Shown: positions 11,022 to 21,112 of the stretch, in pieces
Position numbering within the stretch: the first letter of the stretch is position 1
Layout: every line of letters begins with the position of its first letter
Origin: an uncultured delta proteobacterium
GTDB lineage: Bacteria > Desulfobacterota > RBG-13-43-22
DNA length: 64,000 bases
Direction of reading: 5' to 3'
NCBI GenBank assembly: GCA_963743305.1
Contig: CAVUPH010000030.1
Location: 1 to 64,000, forward strand
Notes under the pieces: generated by a model
Database searches by the model: none
Seen by the model: only the letters and a program-made list of their open reading frames with translations
What the model was told of the DNA's origin: nothing
Made by a program: the position numbers and the translations under genes

Positions 11022-12573
11022 AATTTCCAGCCTTTATTAGTTGGCGTCCCTTATTTGTAATTCGGTAACGCTGGAAACGGCTGTTGGGTTTTTCGGGGAT
11101 GGTCAACTCGACAAGGCTTTCAATAAGAAGGGCATGGATCCCCCTTTTTAATGCCCCTGAAATATTTTTGTGTCCTATTCTTGTGGCTAATTCGGATTTG
11201 GAAAGGGGGCCATCTGACAATAATCCTAAAATTCGCCCCTCTGTTGACTCGGGCCTCCACTCAGGCCCGATCTTGGTTTTCTTTGCCTTATCCCCTTTGA
11301 TCGATTCCTTCGCCATGGGTTTCTTGGCAGATGGATGAATGAGAAATCTGGCTATAAAATAAGTGCGGTCTTCGTCTGCCTCAAATTGGGGTTTTGGGGA
11401 CCCATTGGTCCTCATTGCCTTGAGGATCTTGGGGATGCCAGTGCCCCGGCCTTCAGCGAGCTTCAATTCTTTTAGAAACTCCCCTATCCTTCGATTCCGA
11501 TAACGCCGGGCCACAAAACGGCCGGTCTCCAGGTCCTCCAGTCGAATGGAACGGTCGGGACCCGGATAGCTGACGACGGTAATGGAATCGGGCAGGACCC
11601 GGACCTCGATGGGTTCCCGGATCTCATAACTGCGGTGATAAACGGCGTTGACCACGGCCTCTTCGATGGCCGCGAAAGGATAATTCTGGAAGCGGTCAGC
11701 TTCGGCGCGGTCGGGTATTTTAATGATAACCTCTTCGATCAGGGCATTTTTTATAAAGGCCAGGGCTTCCTGGACCATGCGGTCCAGAGGTCCATTGAAA
11801 GTCTTTTCCTTGATCACATCCCCACCAGGGCCTTCGGGGAACTGGACGACATCAATCTGGGTCTGAGGGAAAAATTGGTCCGGGTGCTCATTGAAAAACA
11901 TGAGTCCCACATTCCGGGGCTGAATCATTTCAACGGGTCCGGACACAATATTCATCTGACGGCATAGCCGGAAGAATTCGATATCGCCCGATTCCTCATA
12001 AAGATCGCTTTTAACCTTTTTCAGATAGGCCTGAATGAGGAGAAGATCAAGATCCTCCAAAGTAGCTTTGTGACTGAGGCGATCATCAAAAGGGACATTG
12101 GCCGAAAGGTTGAGCAGCTCCACTTCGTCATTTTGGGAGGCCTTGACCGTGGAAGAAGCCTTTCGGATGTAGTAGGCGTATTCCCTGTTGCCCTTACCCA
12201 GGGAGACGGGGGCCTTATAGGGACGGCTTTGCCCGCCCGGGGGCCACAGGACCAGGATGTGTTTCCCCTGAATTATATAGGGGGCGACTACCGGGTGGTA
12301 ATCCGGCCGGATCTTATAACCCATCTCGACTATTTCTTTCTGGATCCTATCCAGTTCTTTTTTGGGCAGGCCAGCCGGCGGCAGGACCGGGCGTCCCTGT
12401 TTGGCTTCGATCCCGATAAAGATGTATCCACCTCCCCAATTGTGGAAGTCATTGGCAAAGGCGCAAAGGGTATGCAGGACGGCCTCCGGGTTCCAGCCTT
12501 TCTTAAACTCCAGCCGTTCCCATTCGACCAGACGGCCTTTGAGGATTTCGTTGATGTTGATAGGTAAGGGCAT
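11008..12573 (-). CDS. AlbA_2/Schlafen-like domain plus ATP-binding (RecG C-terminal/HATPase_c_4) and wHTH protein
   Basis: LEFKKGW...LCAFAN...GGGYIFIG; EAVVNAVYHRSY; RNRRIGEFLKELKLAEGRGTGIPK; C-terminal TIPEKPNSRFQRY. Confidence 0.85.
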   Translation of the reverse strand: MPLPININEILKGRLVEWERLEFKKGWNPEAVLHTLCAFANDFHNWGGGYIFIGIEAKQGRPVLPPAGLPKKELDRIQKEIVEMGYKIRPDYHPVVAPYIIQGKHILVLWPPGGQSRPYKAPVSLGKGNREYAYYIRKASSTVKASQNDEVELLNLSANVPFDDRLSHKATLEDLDLLLIQAYLKKVKSDLYEESGDIEFFRLCRQMNIVSGPVEMIQPRNVGLMFFNEHPDQFFPQTQIDVVQFPEGPGGDVIKEKTFNGPLDRMVQEALAFIKNALIEEVIIKIPDRAEADRFQNYPFAAIEEAVVNAVYHRSYEIREPIEVRVLPDSITVVSYPGPDRSIRLEDLETGRFVARRYRNRRIGEFLKELKLAEGRGTGIPKILKAMRTNGSPKPQFEADEDRTYFIARFLIHPSAKKPMAKESIKGDKAKKTKIGPEWRPESTEGRILGLLSDGPLSKSELATRIGHKNISGALKRGIHALLIESLVELTIPEKPNSRFQRYRITNKGRQLIKAGNFDET

Positions 12574-12644
12574 ACGATTTAATTCACCTTCAGATTATTG
12601 CAGTTTATTCCCCTCAGCATCCAAATCATAACAGAATGCCGAGG

Positions 12645-13658
12645 CTACTTCCGAATAATTTTAACCTGAGGGTACTCGGCCAGGCAATTCCACCGCCCGG
12701 GCGGCCCGCCCCCCACCACCGCCGAGGTGGTCACCCCTAGGAACCGGGCCACGGTGGCCGCGGGATATCCCAGGTCACCCACACCGGCTCGACAATACTC
12801 TCTTCGGGCTTCGGAAACCTTCCGCTTCCGGCTCCCGGAGCGGAGCTCCGTTTCAGTGATCCCCTGTTCCGCGGCGATCTCCCCGGCCAGAGTCTCCAAA
12901 TCCCGGCCCGGACCCTTTCTTCTTAAGTTCTCCTTTTCCAGCTCCGCGGATTCCGACCAGATCTGCTCCACAAAGTCCCCATCGCCCAGGACGCGGTCAT
13001 CGGCGGCCATCCGCAGGCCTTTCCTCCGCAGCGAAAGCACCTGGGACCAGCCTCCCAGGCTGCGGATCAATCCGCCGCCAACCAGCTCCGGCCGCCGGCC
13101 CTGGTCCACTCCTTCGGCCACAAAAGCCTTATACCGCCGAACCGCCTCCTTGGACCTTCCGGCAAAATAGGCCAGGATCGTGCCGGTATCCTGCCAAGCC
13201 CGCTCCACCTGCCCCGTCAGGGCGGAGTGGCCTGACCAGGGATATCGGCCCAAGACCTCCAGGTCCGGGACCAGCCCGGCCCGGAGGGAATTCAAATGAA
13301 TATAACGGGTCAGTTCCAGCAGATAGAGATCTTCCTGGCAGACGATCGACTTATAGCGGTTCTGAAAGAGGTGGCCCCGTCTTTTGTGCCGCAGGTTGAA
13401 GTTGATCGCGTAGCCGGTCATCAGGCGCCGCATGCTCCGGGCCAGGGGCTCTTTTCCAGTTCTCACCAGCAGGTGAAAATGGTTGGGCATCAACGCCCAG
13501 GCGTACACGGACCACCTGCCCGACCGGCACAATTCCGCCAGCCGGTCGATGAAGTCCTCCCGGTCTTTCCTGGTTCTGAATATCTTGCTGGTTTCGATCC
13601 CCCGGCCCATAACGTGATGCAGGGTCCCGGGGGCATCCAGCCGCGGCGGCCTGGGCAT
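12645..13658 (-). mobile_element. REP-associated tyrosine (Y1/HUH) transposase, RAYT-type, with C-terminal DnaA-like HTH
   Basis: MPRPPRLDAPGTLHHVMGRG, YAWALMPNHFHLL (HUH), GHLFQNRYKS, RYIHLN, YPWSGH. Confidence 0.9.
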
Positions 13659-14100
13659 GTTCCCCCTAATAGCGTTTTGAACGGATCCTGTCAAGTTTAT
13701 TCAGCAACTACGTCCCGTATTACAACGGAAAAGTTTTAATCCGGGGGGCGTGAGTGCCGCTGGCGATAAGGGGGCCGGGGGGGACTAAAATTAATATAAT
13801 CCAGCCCTCCTATCTCCCCGACCGAAGGGAGGTGAGTTGGGAGGGTGATACCACCAAATAAAACCCCCCAGGCGGTCTGTCTGGAACAGTGCTGTCCGCC
13901 GTCCGGGGGGCAGGGGGGGGGCTGCTTGAAATAAAGACAAAATGCAAGGCGGATGACAAACGCTTTTAATTGGCGGCCGCCTTGCTACCGCTGAAGTTAT
14001 ATCTTAATTGTAAGAGTCAAAGGCAAATCTGACCCTTTCAAAAAATTATCTATAAGAAAAAAAGGGATCTAATTGATTCGGTCGGTCTGGTCCACTTCAG

Positions 14101-14502
14101 TTAATTTTGGCGGAGTGACTCCAATAACTGTAGCAATTCCTTAGCATTTGTTATGGATTTGGCACAAAGAGATTTGACATTCTCGATATGGGCTTCATAG
14201 TCAGCTTTGTGGCGATCGCTTTTAAGGTTATCGAGCTTGTTTCCAATCTTCTTCCATTCTCTCTCCCCACTTTCCTTGAGCACCCTCGGTACAGCAGTGT
14301 GCGCGCCAGGGCCAGTTGATATCTCGGACTCCTTTCCTTTCGCCTTGAGAAATTCCCAGGACTCGTGGAAGGCCGCATAATATGCACGACTCACAGATGT
14401 TCGCTGACAGGCTTCGTCTGTGGGTTCTTCCCCGATAGTCGCAGCAGCACCTCGTGCTAATATTGTGGCTACTTTCATGAATTCAGACCATTCAAAAGTC
14501 AT
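14101..14502 (-). CDS. HEPN domain protein
   Basis: SRAYYAAFH and R-HKADY signature motifs. Confidence 0.85.
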   Translation of the reverse strand: MTFEWSEFMKVATILARGAAATIGEEPTDEACQRTSVSRAYYAAFHESWEFLKAKGKESEISTGPGAHTAVPRVLKESGEREWKKIGNKLDNLKSDRHKADYEAHIENVKSLCAKSITNAKELLQLLESLRQN

Positions 14503-15197
14503 AGGAATTCAACATCGATCAAAAGTTTATTGTCTGCTCGGCTCAAATTATCTATCCACCACTCCTCTTCAAATTCATCCAGTTGCTCCAAGGTTTCTTC
14601 AACCGGTGCCCGGGTTTCAACATACAAGAGCAATTTCTCATCATCAGACACCTCTGGATCTATACGATACTCAAGACGTAATTTATCTTCAGGAAAAAAT
14701 TTCCTGAGAGCGTCATAAGCTTCTATTAGAATCTGAACAAGGAAAGGGTAATGGTTCAGAAAAAAGTCAACGACCTGAAACTCTTTGATAGAATAAAGCG
14801 ACTGCAATCGTTTTCGGCTGTATATTTGTAGTTCCGCGAGTTCATCGACCTCCGACTGGGAAAGCAGCGGTCGCGATAACTCCCCTCTTTCTAAGGAACG
14901 GAGCCACCTCACCCTTAACAAAAAAAATTTCTGAGCCCACTCTCGTGATTCACCCCCTGGCAAGTTCCAAGCCAAGCAATGAAGCTGCGATTTAGATTCG
15001 GACACGAATTGAGAAAGAAAAACAACAACCTTGTCTATTGCGGGTGTGCCGGTGTCGGTTCTCGGAATCAAATGCTCTTGGAATGCACCATTTTGTATGA
15101 GATTTTGGATTCCCGCGGCAAAGGAGCTACACAGAGCCCATTCGGCAGAAAGCCCTTTATATTGCCCATCGGACACAGAAATAGTCGAAGAGCTCAT
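14499..15197 (-). CDS. Hypothetical protein, putative HEPN partner/antitoxin
   Basis: 4-bp overlap with the HEPN gene; C-terminal DPE...LEQLDEFEEEWW...IDVEF domain of the type seen next to HEPN genes. Confidence 0.6.
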   Translation of the reverse strand: MSSSTISVSDGQYKGLSAEWALCSSFAAGIQNLIQNGAFQEHLIPRTDTGTPAIDKVVVFLSQFVSESKSQLHCLAWNLPGGESREWAQKFFLLRVRWLRSLERGELSRPLLSQSEVDELAELQIYSRKRLQSLYSIKEFQVVDFFLNHYPFLVQILIEAYDALRKFFPEDKLRLEYRIDPEVSDDEKLLLYVETRAPVEETLEQLDEFEEEWWIDNLSRADNKLLIDVEFL

Positions 15198-15854
15198 AAC
15201 GGTTTGTACTCCTCAATGACCCCAGTGACGATTGACTCGGCCAAATTGCCTGCGGTTTCCCATTTGTCCAACAATTCGTGAATCAAAACATTTTTATTTT
15301 CTGGAATTAAGTCAACATGAAAATTAAATGCAAATTGGAGTGCTTGAGTGTTTTTGCCATCGCGATTAATAGTAATAGGTTTAATATCAAGCCTAAGGCG
15401 ACTTCCTAATACATTTTTACTGAGATAAGCTCCGAATAGCGCATCATCTGTATCAAATGTTTTATATAAGGAGGAAGGTGATCTAAAAAAAAGTTGTTTA
15501 CAAAAAATGGGAATGTCCTCATTTGTGGAAAGAAGGTGCCAGGTAAAATTCGCCCCTATTGCCGTGTACGGTGTCTCTGGAAGTTTATCTACAATGAGGC
15601 CTAGCTTTGTCCGAACTACATCCGCTGGTGCATCAATTTCTTTTGCTGGGGAAAATTGAAGTTGATCCGGCAAGACCGTAAGGTTGAACTGCTTGGACCG
15701 CACTTGAGAGACAACCGGAACGGAGAGTACCTCCTTCAAGAAAATCATCCTCTGTCAATACCTTATGCTTGACGAGCCAGAGCCGGTCAATTATTGAGGG
15801 ATTAAACTGGTTGGCTACAATAACGATGTTGGTGTCGATTTTAACTGCCTGCAT
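15194..15854 (-). pseudogene. TIGR04255-like sporadically distributed protein, one frameshift near 15730
   Basis: NIVIVANQFNPSII..WL, PETPYTAIGANF, FAFNFHVD; two frames join; translationally coupled to the downstream gene. Confidence 0.5.
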
Positions 15855-16259
15855 GTTTCAACTGCTCCAATTTATTAACGAAAGCACTGTCCGGTTTCCC
15901 TCTTTGCCCCATGAAAAATTACTTTGATCGGAGATTATAGAATAAGACAAGGGGTGGATCAAGGAGAAAAATAAGGCGGAAGACAAGGCGGAGAAAGACT
16001 AGCCGGTTCTCCTCATAAACCCAGAAAACTTGATCAGGGACTCCCTCGTAGTAAGGAAATTGGGAATCCGTTGACCCTATCTGAAGTTCGAGGGCTTTAG
16101 GTCTGGGGGATGGGGCACTGGTTAGTTTGCTCAATGGTTCAATTCTCCAGCCGTTTTGATAATCATTACAATCAATTGAACCCATGGCTTCTTTCAACAA
16201 GGGAAGTTTGAGGAGGATCAGGATGAAGTTATGGTCCGGATTACGCACCAAGTACTAAC

Positions 16260-16732
16260 CTAAAACATACCCCAATTTTTCCATAAATAAGTTTGGATCC
16301 CCAACCCGGGGGAATAAGGGGGGTATAGTTTAACGAACTCTTGGAATGCCAGCCCGTAACCTTCTGTAGGGAGGGCCCCCAAAACCTTGGCCAGAAACAA
16401 GAGGGCCAGGGATGGAGCCCGAGACTCACACTGATTGCAGTGGATCAATAGGTTTCCCCCACCCTCCCATTGTGCCCTTGCAAATCCTAAAAACTCGGTA
16501 AAAAGTTGGAGCATAAATAATGGACCGGGGGGATCAATCATGTTCAGATAAAGATTTTTATCGCAATCATAAACTAAATATATTGGGGATGGGTTTTTGG
16601 AAGGCTTCCCTGATAACCCACGGCCCTTTGATGGCAGGGGATCTTGCAGGCATGAACCGTAGCCCAGCCTTCTTTTTGATGGAAGCAATCCTGGAGGGAT
16701 CCAACATAGAGGCGATCATAGACTTTAAACAT
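16260..16732 (-). pseudogene. Dual-specificity phosphatase-like protein, frameshift near 16580
   Basis: MFKVYDRLYVGS...HACKIPCHQ joins YLNMID...LIHCNQCESRAPS (HCx5R motif). Confidence 0.75.
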
Positions 16733-16931
16733 ATTTTCCCTCTTCGAGAGGTAAATTTTGGTGTCCATATAGGTGTCCATGGGACCCAAAACAGTGTCTA
16801 TATAGGTGGCTAATAGCGGGATTAATTAATAACAAAGGATGACACTCTATAATAGATAACCAGTTTAAATAATTATAATTAGTAACGATTGGTAGTGACA
16901 AATATTAATCCATAATAAAAAGTCTATCGGC

Positions 16932-16977
16932 ACTACGAATCCGTAGGTCGGGTGTTCGAATCACCCTGGGCGCGCCA
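16932..16977 (+). repeat. att site: duplicated 3' half of tRNA-Arg(ACG)
   Basis: actacgaatccgtaggtcgggtgttcgaatcaccctgggcgcgcca, identical to 8228-8273. Confidence 0.95.
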
Positions 16978-16983
16978 GATTTC

Positions 16984-17019
16984 AAGGAGCTAGCCGAAGA
17001 CGGTTAGCTCCTTTTTTTT
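16984..17019 (+). terminator. Rho-independent terminator after the att repeat
   Basis: aaggagctagcc-gaagac-ggttagctcctt plus T-run; paralogous to 8280-8314. Confidence 0.8.
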
Positions 17020-17306
17020 GCTGCTGCCAAAAGGTAGATCAATCGGACCTTTCTGCCCTTTACTTTCCTTTTAAACTTTTTTGCTTGAGGCTTAAGACGA
17101 TATTATTGCAAAGCAAAGTGGACTTCTAAAATAAAGACAGCCGGTGATATGGATGGGCGACAAAAAATAGAAGGGTGATCTAAAATATAAAAATGAAGGT
17201 TTGAGGTTTGAAACCGGTGGCTTTTAGGATGATAATCTCTTAATATCTATAAAATGGCTGGGTTCGCCCCCGGTTACCGAAAGCGAAAGAACCATAGGAA
17301 ATTCCA

Positions 17307-18110
17307 ATGTTTCATTGGTTTATCGATCGTCGCCGAGAGAAGCTCACCCAGACTCCTTTCCCTTCCTTATGGGAGGACATCATCCGCCGCAACGTTGCCC
17401 ACTACTGCATGCTGGAAGATGCCCAGCGTGCTCATCTGCGTGCCTTGATCCAGGTATTTATCGCCGAAAAAAATTGGGAGGGAGTTGGTGGACTGGAACT
17501 AACTGACGAAATTCGCGTCACGATTTCCGCTCAGGCCTGTCTGCTTTTACTGGGCCTGCCCCACAACTACTACCGTAACGTCGAATCCATCATCGTCTAT
17601 CCCTCCACTGTGGTTCCGCCTCAAAGCAGGCCGGGTTTCTTTGAAAATACATTCGCGCCGGTGGAGCTTGAACATCCCATTATCGGGCAGGCGTTCCGGC
17701 AGGGGCCGGTCATTATTGTCTGGGATGCCGCCCTGCGCGGCGGCCGCCACCCTGAGTCCGGTCACAACGTTATTTACCACGAGTTCGCCCATAAACTGGA
17801 TATGCTCGACGGCGCAGCCGACGGTACACCTCCACTGCGCGACCGGGATGAATACCGTGACTGGGTCATGACCTGTTCGCGCGAATACCTACGTCTCAAA
17901 CACGACATCGAAAAGGGCAAAAAATCTTTCCTCAGTGCCTACGGGGCAATCAACGAAGCGGAATTTTTCGCCGTCGCCACTGAACAATTCTTCGATCAGC
18001 CGCGGTTAATGATTAAGCAGGCACCGGACCTTTATCGTGTTTTACAGGAATACTACCGTCAGGATCCTTCCGAACGTGTGTCCCGGAATTACTGCACGGG
18101 AGAAAATTAA
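17307..18110 (+). CDS. Zinc-dependent peptidase, M90/MtfA family
   Basis: GHNVIYHEFAHKLD (HExxH), YGAINEAEFFAVATEQFF. Confidence 0.9.
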   Translation: MFHWFIDRRREKLTQTPFPSLWEDIIRRNVAHYCMLEDAQRAHLRALIQVFIAEKNWEGVGGLELTDEIRVTISAQACLLLLGLPHNYYRNVESIIVYPSTVVPPQSRPGFFENTFAPVELEHPIIGQAFRQGPVIIVWDAALRGGRHPESGHNVIYHEFAHKLDMLDGAADGTPPLRDRDEYRDWVMTCSREYLRLKHDIEKGKKSFLSAYGAINEAEFFAVATEQFFDQPRLMIKQAPDLYRVLQEYYRQDPSERVSRNYCTGEN

Positions 18111-18148
18111 AATCTTATTCTTATCGGATTTAAGAAAGGAGAACGCAC

Positions 18149-18349
18149 ATGAAAAAGAACATGGGAACCGTTGACCGGGTTATTAGAATAGTACTGGCCA
18201 TTGTGGTGATTGTCCTTTACCTGACCGGCAACCTTACGGGCGTTGCGGCGATTATACTGGGTATTCTGGCGCTGGTATTCCTACTGACGAGCCTGATTGG
18301 TTTTTGCCCGCTCTATGGACCGCTCAAGATTTCGACCATCAGGAAATAA
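18149..18349 (+). CDS. DUF2892 (YgaP-like) membrane protein
   Basis: MKKNMGTVDRVIR...two TM segments...GFCPLY. Confidence 0.9.
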   Translation: MKKNMGTVDRVIRIVLAIVVIVLYLTGNLTGVAAIILGILALVFLLTSLIGFCPLYGPLKISTIRK

Positions 18350-18480
18350 AAAGGCTTGTTGATCCGGCAATCCCTACCGGGGATGGGGAAATGCGCGGGA
18401 AGGACCTCGACAGCCGACATCGCTTGGTAGGGTGTATCCATCTAAAGCCCCTCTTTCCCGATTTTCAATTTGGTATTCTT

Positions 18481-18636
18481 GACAACCTCGCAAAAAGTCC
18501 AAAAACCTGTCATTGCTTCCCCCGGACCTGATCCGGGGGAAGCAATCCCCACCATGGTAACTAACTGATTCTTGGGGATTGCTTCGTCGCTTCACTCCTC
18601 GCAATGACAGCACGGACGACTTTTTGCGAAACCATC
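18481..18636. mobile_element. MITE-like palindromic element, family A
   Basis: Terminal IRs tcgcaaaaagtc/gactttttgcga; internal gtcattgc...gcaatgac and gaagcaatcccc...ggggattgcttc. Confidence 0.75.
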
Positions 18637-18658
18637 ATTCTTAGTCATCACGATAAGT

Positions 18659-18738
18659 GGCTATTCACCCTTTGGGTGGGTAGCCATACCAGATAGTATG
18701 GAGGATACCCACCCAAAAAGGCGAAGCGACCGATAAAT
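18659..18738. repeat. Repeat family B, short copy
   Basis: ttcaccctttgggtgggta...tacccacccaaaaaggcgaagcg hairpin. Confidence 0.65.
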
Positions 18739-18761
18739 AAGGTCAGCGGTGCAGTTCGATC

Positions 18762-19067
18762 CTAAGACCACTTTCCCCCAAGCTTTTCAAGGCCTGCCCG
18801 TCCTAATTCTTCCGGAGTCATGGCAACATGAAATTCGACATCGGCGTTGAACAGCAGAAACCACGGTTCCGCATACTTCGGCACTTCCGACGAGTCATTG
18901 ATGTTGATGATCATAATGGCCCCGCGCTGCCCGTCATACTCGGTAAAATAAACGGCCTCCGCCTTAGTTTCATCGAGAATTTTTTTCATCTTCCCCCCGA
19001 CACTACCGTCCCGAACAGCCGCGTTGAACTCTTCGTGAGGAATCCTCACTTGTAGAATCATTCGCAT
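18762..19067 (-). CDS. Small alpha/beta-barrel protein (DUF3303-like)
   Basis: KAEAVYF...G.RGAIMI...AEPWFLLFNADVEFHVAMT; RBS present. Confidence 0.6.
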   Translation of the reverse strand: MRMILQVRIPHEEFNAAVRDGSVGGKMKKILDETKAEAVYFTEYDGQRGAIMIININDSSEVPKYAEPWFLLFNADVEFHVAMTPEELGRAGLEKLGGKWS

Positions 19068-19111
19068 GGTGGTCTCCTTTCAAATTCAAAGGAATATTTC
19101 CTTATAGGTTG

Positions 19112-19950
19112 TTAGCGACGCCTTCGGCGGTATTCATCACTGTCACGCAGGGCCCGGACGACGTCCTGCTCGGTCCAGCGCTCGCGCAGGACCTTGTCCA
19201 CCCAACCCTCGGCCCCCGGGTCCGGCTCCCGCCCGAGAACGTCGAGATAGGCCCGGCGCACTATCTGTTCCGCCCTTCGCCGGGTCATCTGCCCTCCGCG
19301 CCGGTATTCGTCGCTGTCACGCAGGGCCCGGATGACGTCCTGCTCGGTCCAGCGCTCGCGCAGGACCTTGTCCACCCAACCTTGGGCGCCCGAGTCCGGT
19401 TCCCGCCCGAGAACGTCGAGATAGGCCCGGCGCACCATCCGTTCGGCCTCTCGACGGGACATCCGGTTCTCATGCTGGATATAGCCTTTACTCCGCAGGT
19501 CCTCCCGTACATCGCTTTCCGTCCAACCGTAGTTGAGTCATCCTGCTGCGGTAATAGCGCAAGCTCTCCTCGTCCGGCTCCCGCTGGAGGACGTCGTTAT
19601 AGATCTGACGGATGATCAAATCGAGGTTTCTGTTCTCCTCCCGGGGATAGCGACGGTAGTCCGCTTGCGCTCGGAGGTCTCTGGCGAATATTGTCAGACG
19701 TCCGGTCGTAACCCTCGTTCCCCCTGCGGTCCCCCTGGAGTTCCGATCCGGAGGTTTCCCGGTCAAGCCCGCCCAGGACCGACCGTTGGATCGCCTGGTT
19801 CTGCCGGGAGGACTCCAGCGAATTCGCGATACCGCCCCGAAGATCCGCTAACCAATTATCGCGGGATTCCTGCCCCTGGGCCGGGGCGAAAAGAAGCGTC
19901 ATCTGAACGATCACAGCCGCCAAAACAACCATCGGTCTTCCTTGCTTCAT
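19112..19950 (-). pseudogene. Secreted protein with DUF4214-like repeats (Y..VLGREPD..G...W); frameshifted
   Basis: Signal peptide at 19950; three repeat units over three frames; 174-bp tandem DNA repeat (19128 / 19302). Confidence 0.65.
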
Positions 19951-20007
19951 GCTGAATCTCCGACATTAGTACGAAAATAAAGATTGGTGGTTATTCCAGA
20001 CCCCTAG

Positions 20008-20102
20008 AAATCCCCCTAAATCTCCCTTTGCCAACGCCGGGGGACTTGGACTCCCCCCTTAGAAAAAGGGGGGCAGGGGGGATTTTCATGCTTCGAGGCA
20101 CC
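20008..20102. repeat. REP-like palindrome (AAATCCCCC...GGGGGATTT) with CATGCTTCG end
   Basis: aaatccccctaaatctccctttg...cccccctt agaa aaggggggcagggggatttt catgcttcgaggcacc. Confidence 0.65.
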
Positions 20103-20386
20103 TGCTTGGGTCTTTTGCGTTTGCCAGGAACTTCTTTTACTCTCAAATAATAAAACAATTTGAAGGAGAGTCAAGTGAAAGGCGGATTTGGTGGTGAAGG
20201 TCTGCGGTAATGATCCGGGACATGATCGATTAAACAGCCCTCTTTGACCGGCAGGTAAGGCCTAGCCAAAAATATTTGAAATATTTTTGGCTGTAATAAA
20301 AACCACATAGCAAATTTAAAGACAAATTCTCAGAACAATGGATGTAAGCATCTACGTCTTGATGCATCTCCCCGGGATATTACCGT

Positions 20387-21112
20387 CTATTTTAGAGTAT
20401 ACCCCCGGCCATCAAGGCAGGCACTGATCGCCCGTAAATAGTCCGAACTCTTTTGGGTGGTCTGAGCATCGGGTCGGCCGGCAGGCGGTCTTGACGGATC
20501 GAAGCCTGCCTGACCAACAGCCCAGTTGTGGCAGGCGTCAAAATCCTCGTTCTGCTGCTCCTCACTCTGACCCTGGCGGGGGTAAATGACAATCCGGCCA
20601 CCCGAATTTTCGCTGTCCGACGGCGGTATCTGACTTCCTTCGGTCGGAGGTGGATAATAATTTGACGAAGGCGGAGGTGGATAATAGTAATCCGGTGGAG
20701 GCGGAGATGGATAGTAATAATCCGGAGGCGGCGGGGGAGGATAATAATATGCCGGAGGGTCATAATAATTTGACCACAACCCCCAGCCTAAAACACCACC
20801 GACAAATAATCCGGGAAAGAACCCCCTCTGCCCTCCATGTCCACTATATCTACTCCGCCCACCGGACCGGCCGCTCCCTCTATACTCACCACGCGTGCCA
20901 GATCTTCCACTGCCATCGTAACCGCGTGCTCCACCGGACCTTCCTCCCCGGCTATATCCTCCGTGGCTGTCGGACCCGCTCGACCTGCCTCTCCCACTAT
21001 ACCCTCCATGACCGCCGGATCCTCCACCCCCACGATCAGCTTCCGCCTGATAAGGCGGCACCAATAGGGTCAACAAAAAAAGGAGGCTTAATAAACGCAT
21101 AAACTTTTTCAT
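20387..21112 (-). CDS. Secreted Gly/Arg-rich and Pro/Tyr-rich hypothetical protein
   Basis: Signal peptide, GGSGR-type repeats, (YYPPPPP)n, C-terminal YPRQGQS...C..WA...CLDGRGY domain. Confidence 0.75.
   Translation of the reverse strand: MKKFMRLLSLLFLLTLLVPPYQAEADRGGGGSGGHGGYSGRGRSSGSDSHGGYSRGGRSGGARGYDGSGRSGTRGEYRGSGRSGGRSRYSGHGGQRGFFPGLFVGGVLGWGLWSNYYDPPAYYYPPPPPPDYYYPSPPPPDYYYPPPPSSNYYPPPTEGSQIPPSDSENSGGRIVIYPRQGQSEEQQNEDFDACHNWAVGQAGFDPSRPPAGRPDAQTTQKSSDYLRAISACLDGRGYTLK

Larger units (their letters stand above)
8228..16977. mobile_element. Genomic island integrated at the tRNA-Arg(ACG) 3' end; no integrase gene inside
   Basis: Exact 46-bp direct repeat of the tRNA 3' half (8228-8273 = 16932-16977), each copy followed by a similar terminator; accessory/defence cargo; AT-rich segments. 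Confidence 0.85.

Noticed and set aside
15919-16251. 110-aa ORF inside the island
   Set aside because: No motif, and the start and coding signal are unclear; not called as a gene.
16932-16977. Second tRNA-Arg gene
   Set aside because: Only the 3' 46 nt are present, with no acceptor 5' strand or D-arm; it is an att site.
19128-19435. Long direct repeat as a possible CRISPR or DGR template/variable repeat
   Set aside because: In-frame 174-bp coding duplication with mostly synonymous differences; no adenine-specific pattern, spacers, reverse transcriptase or cas genes.
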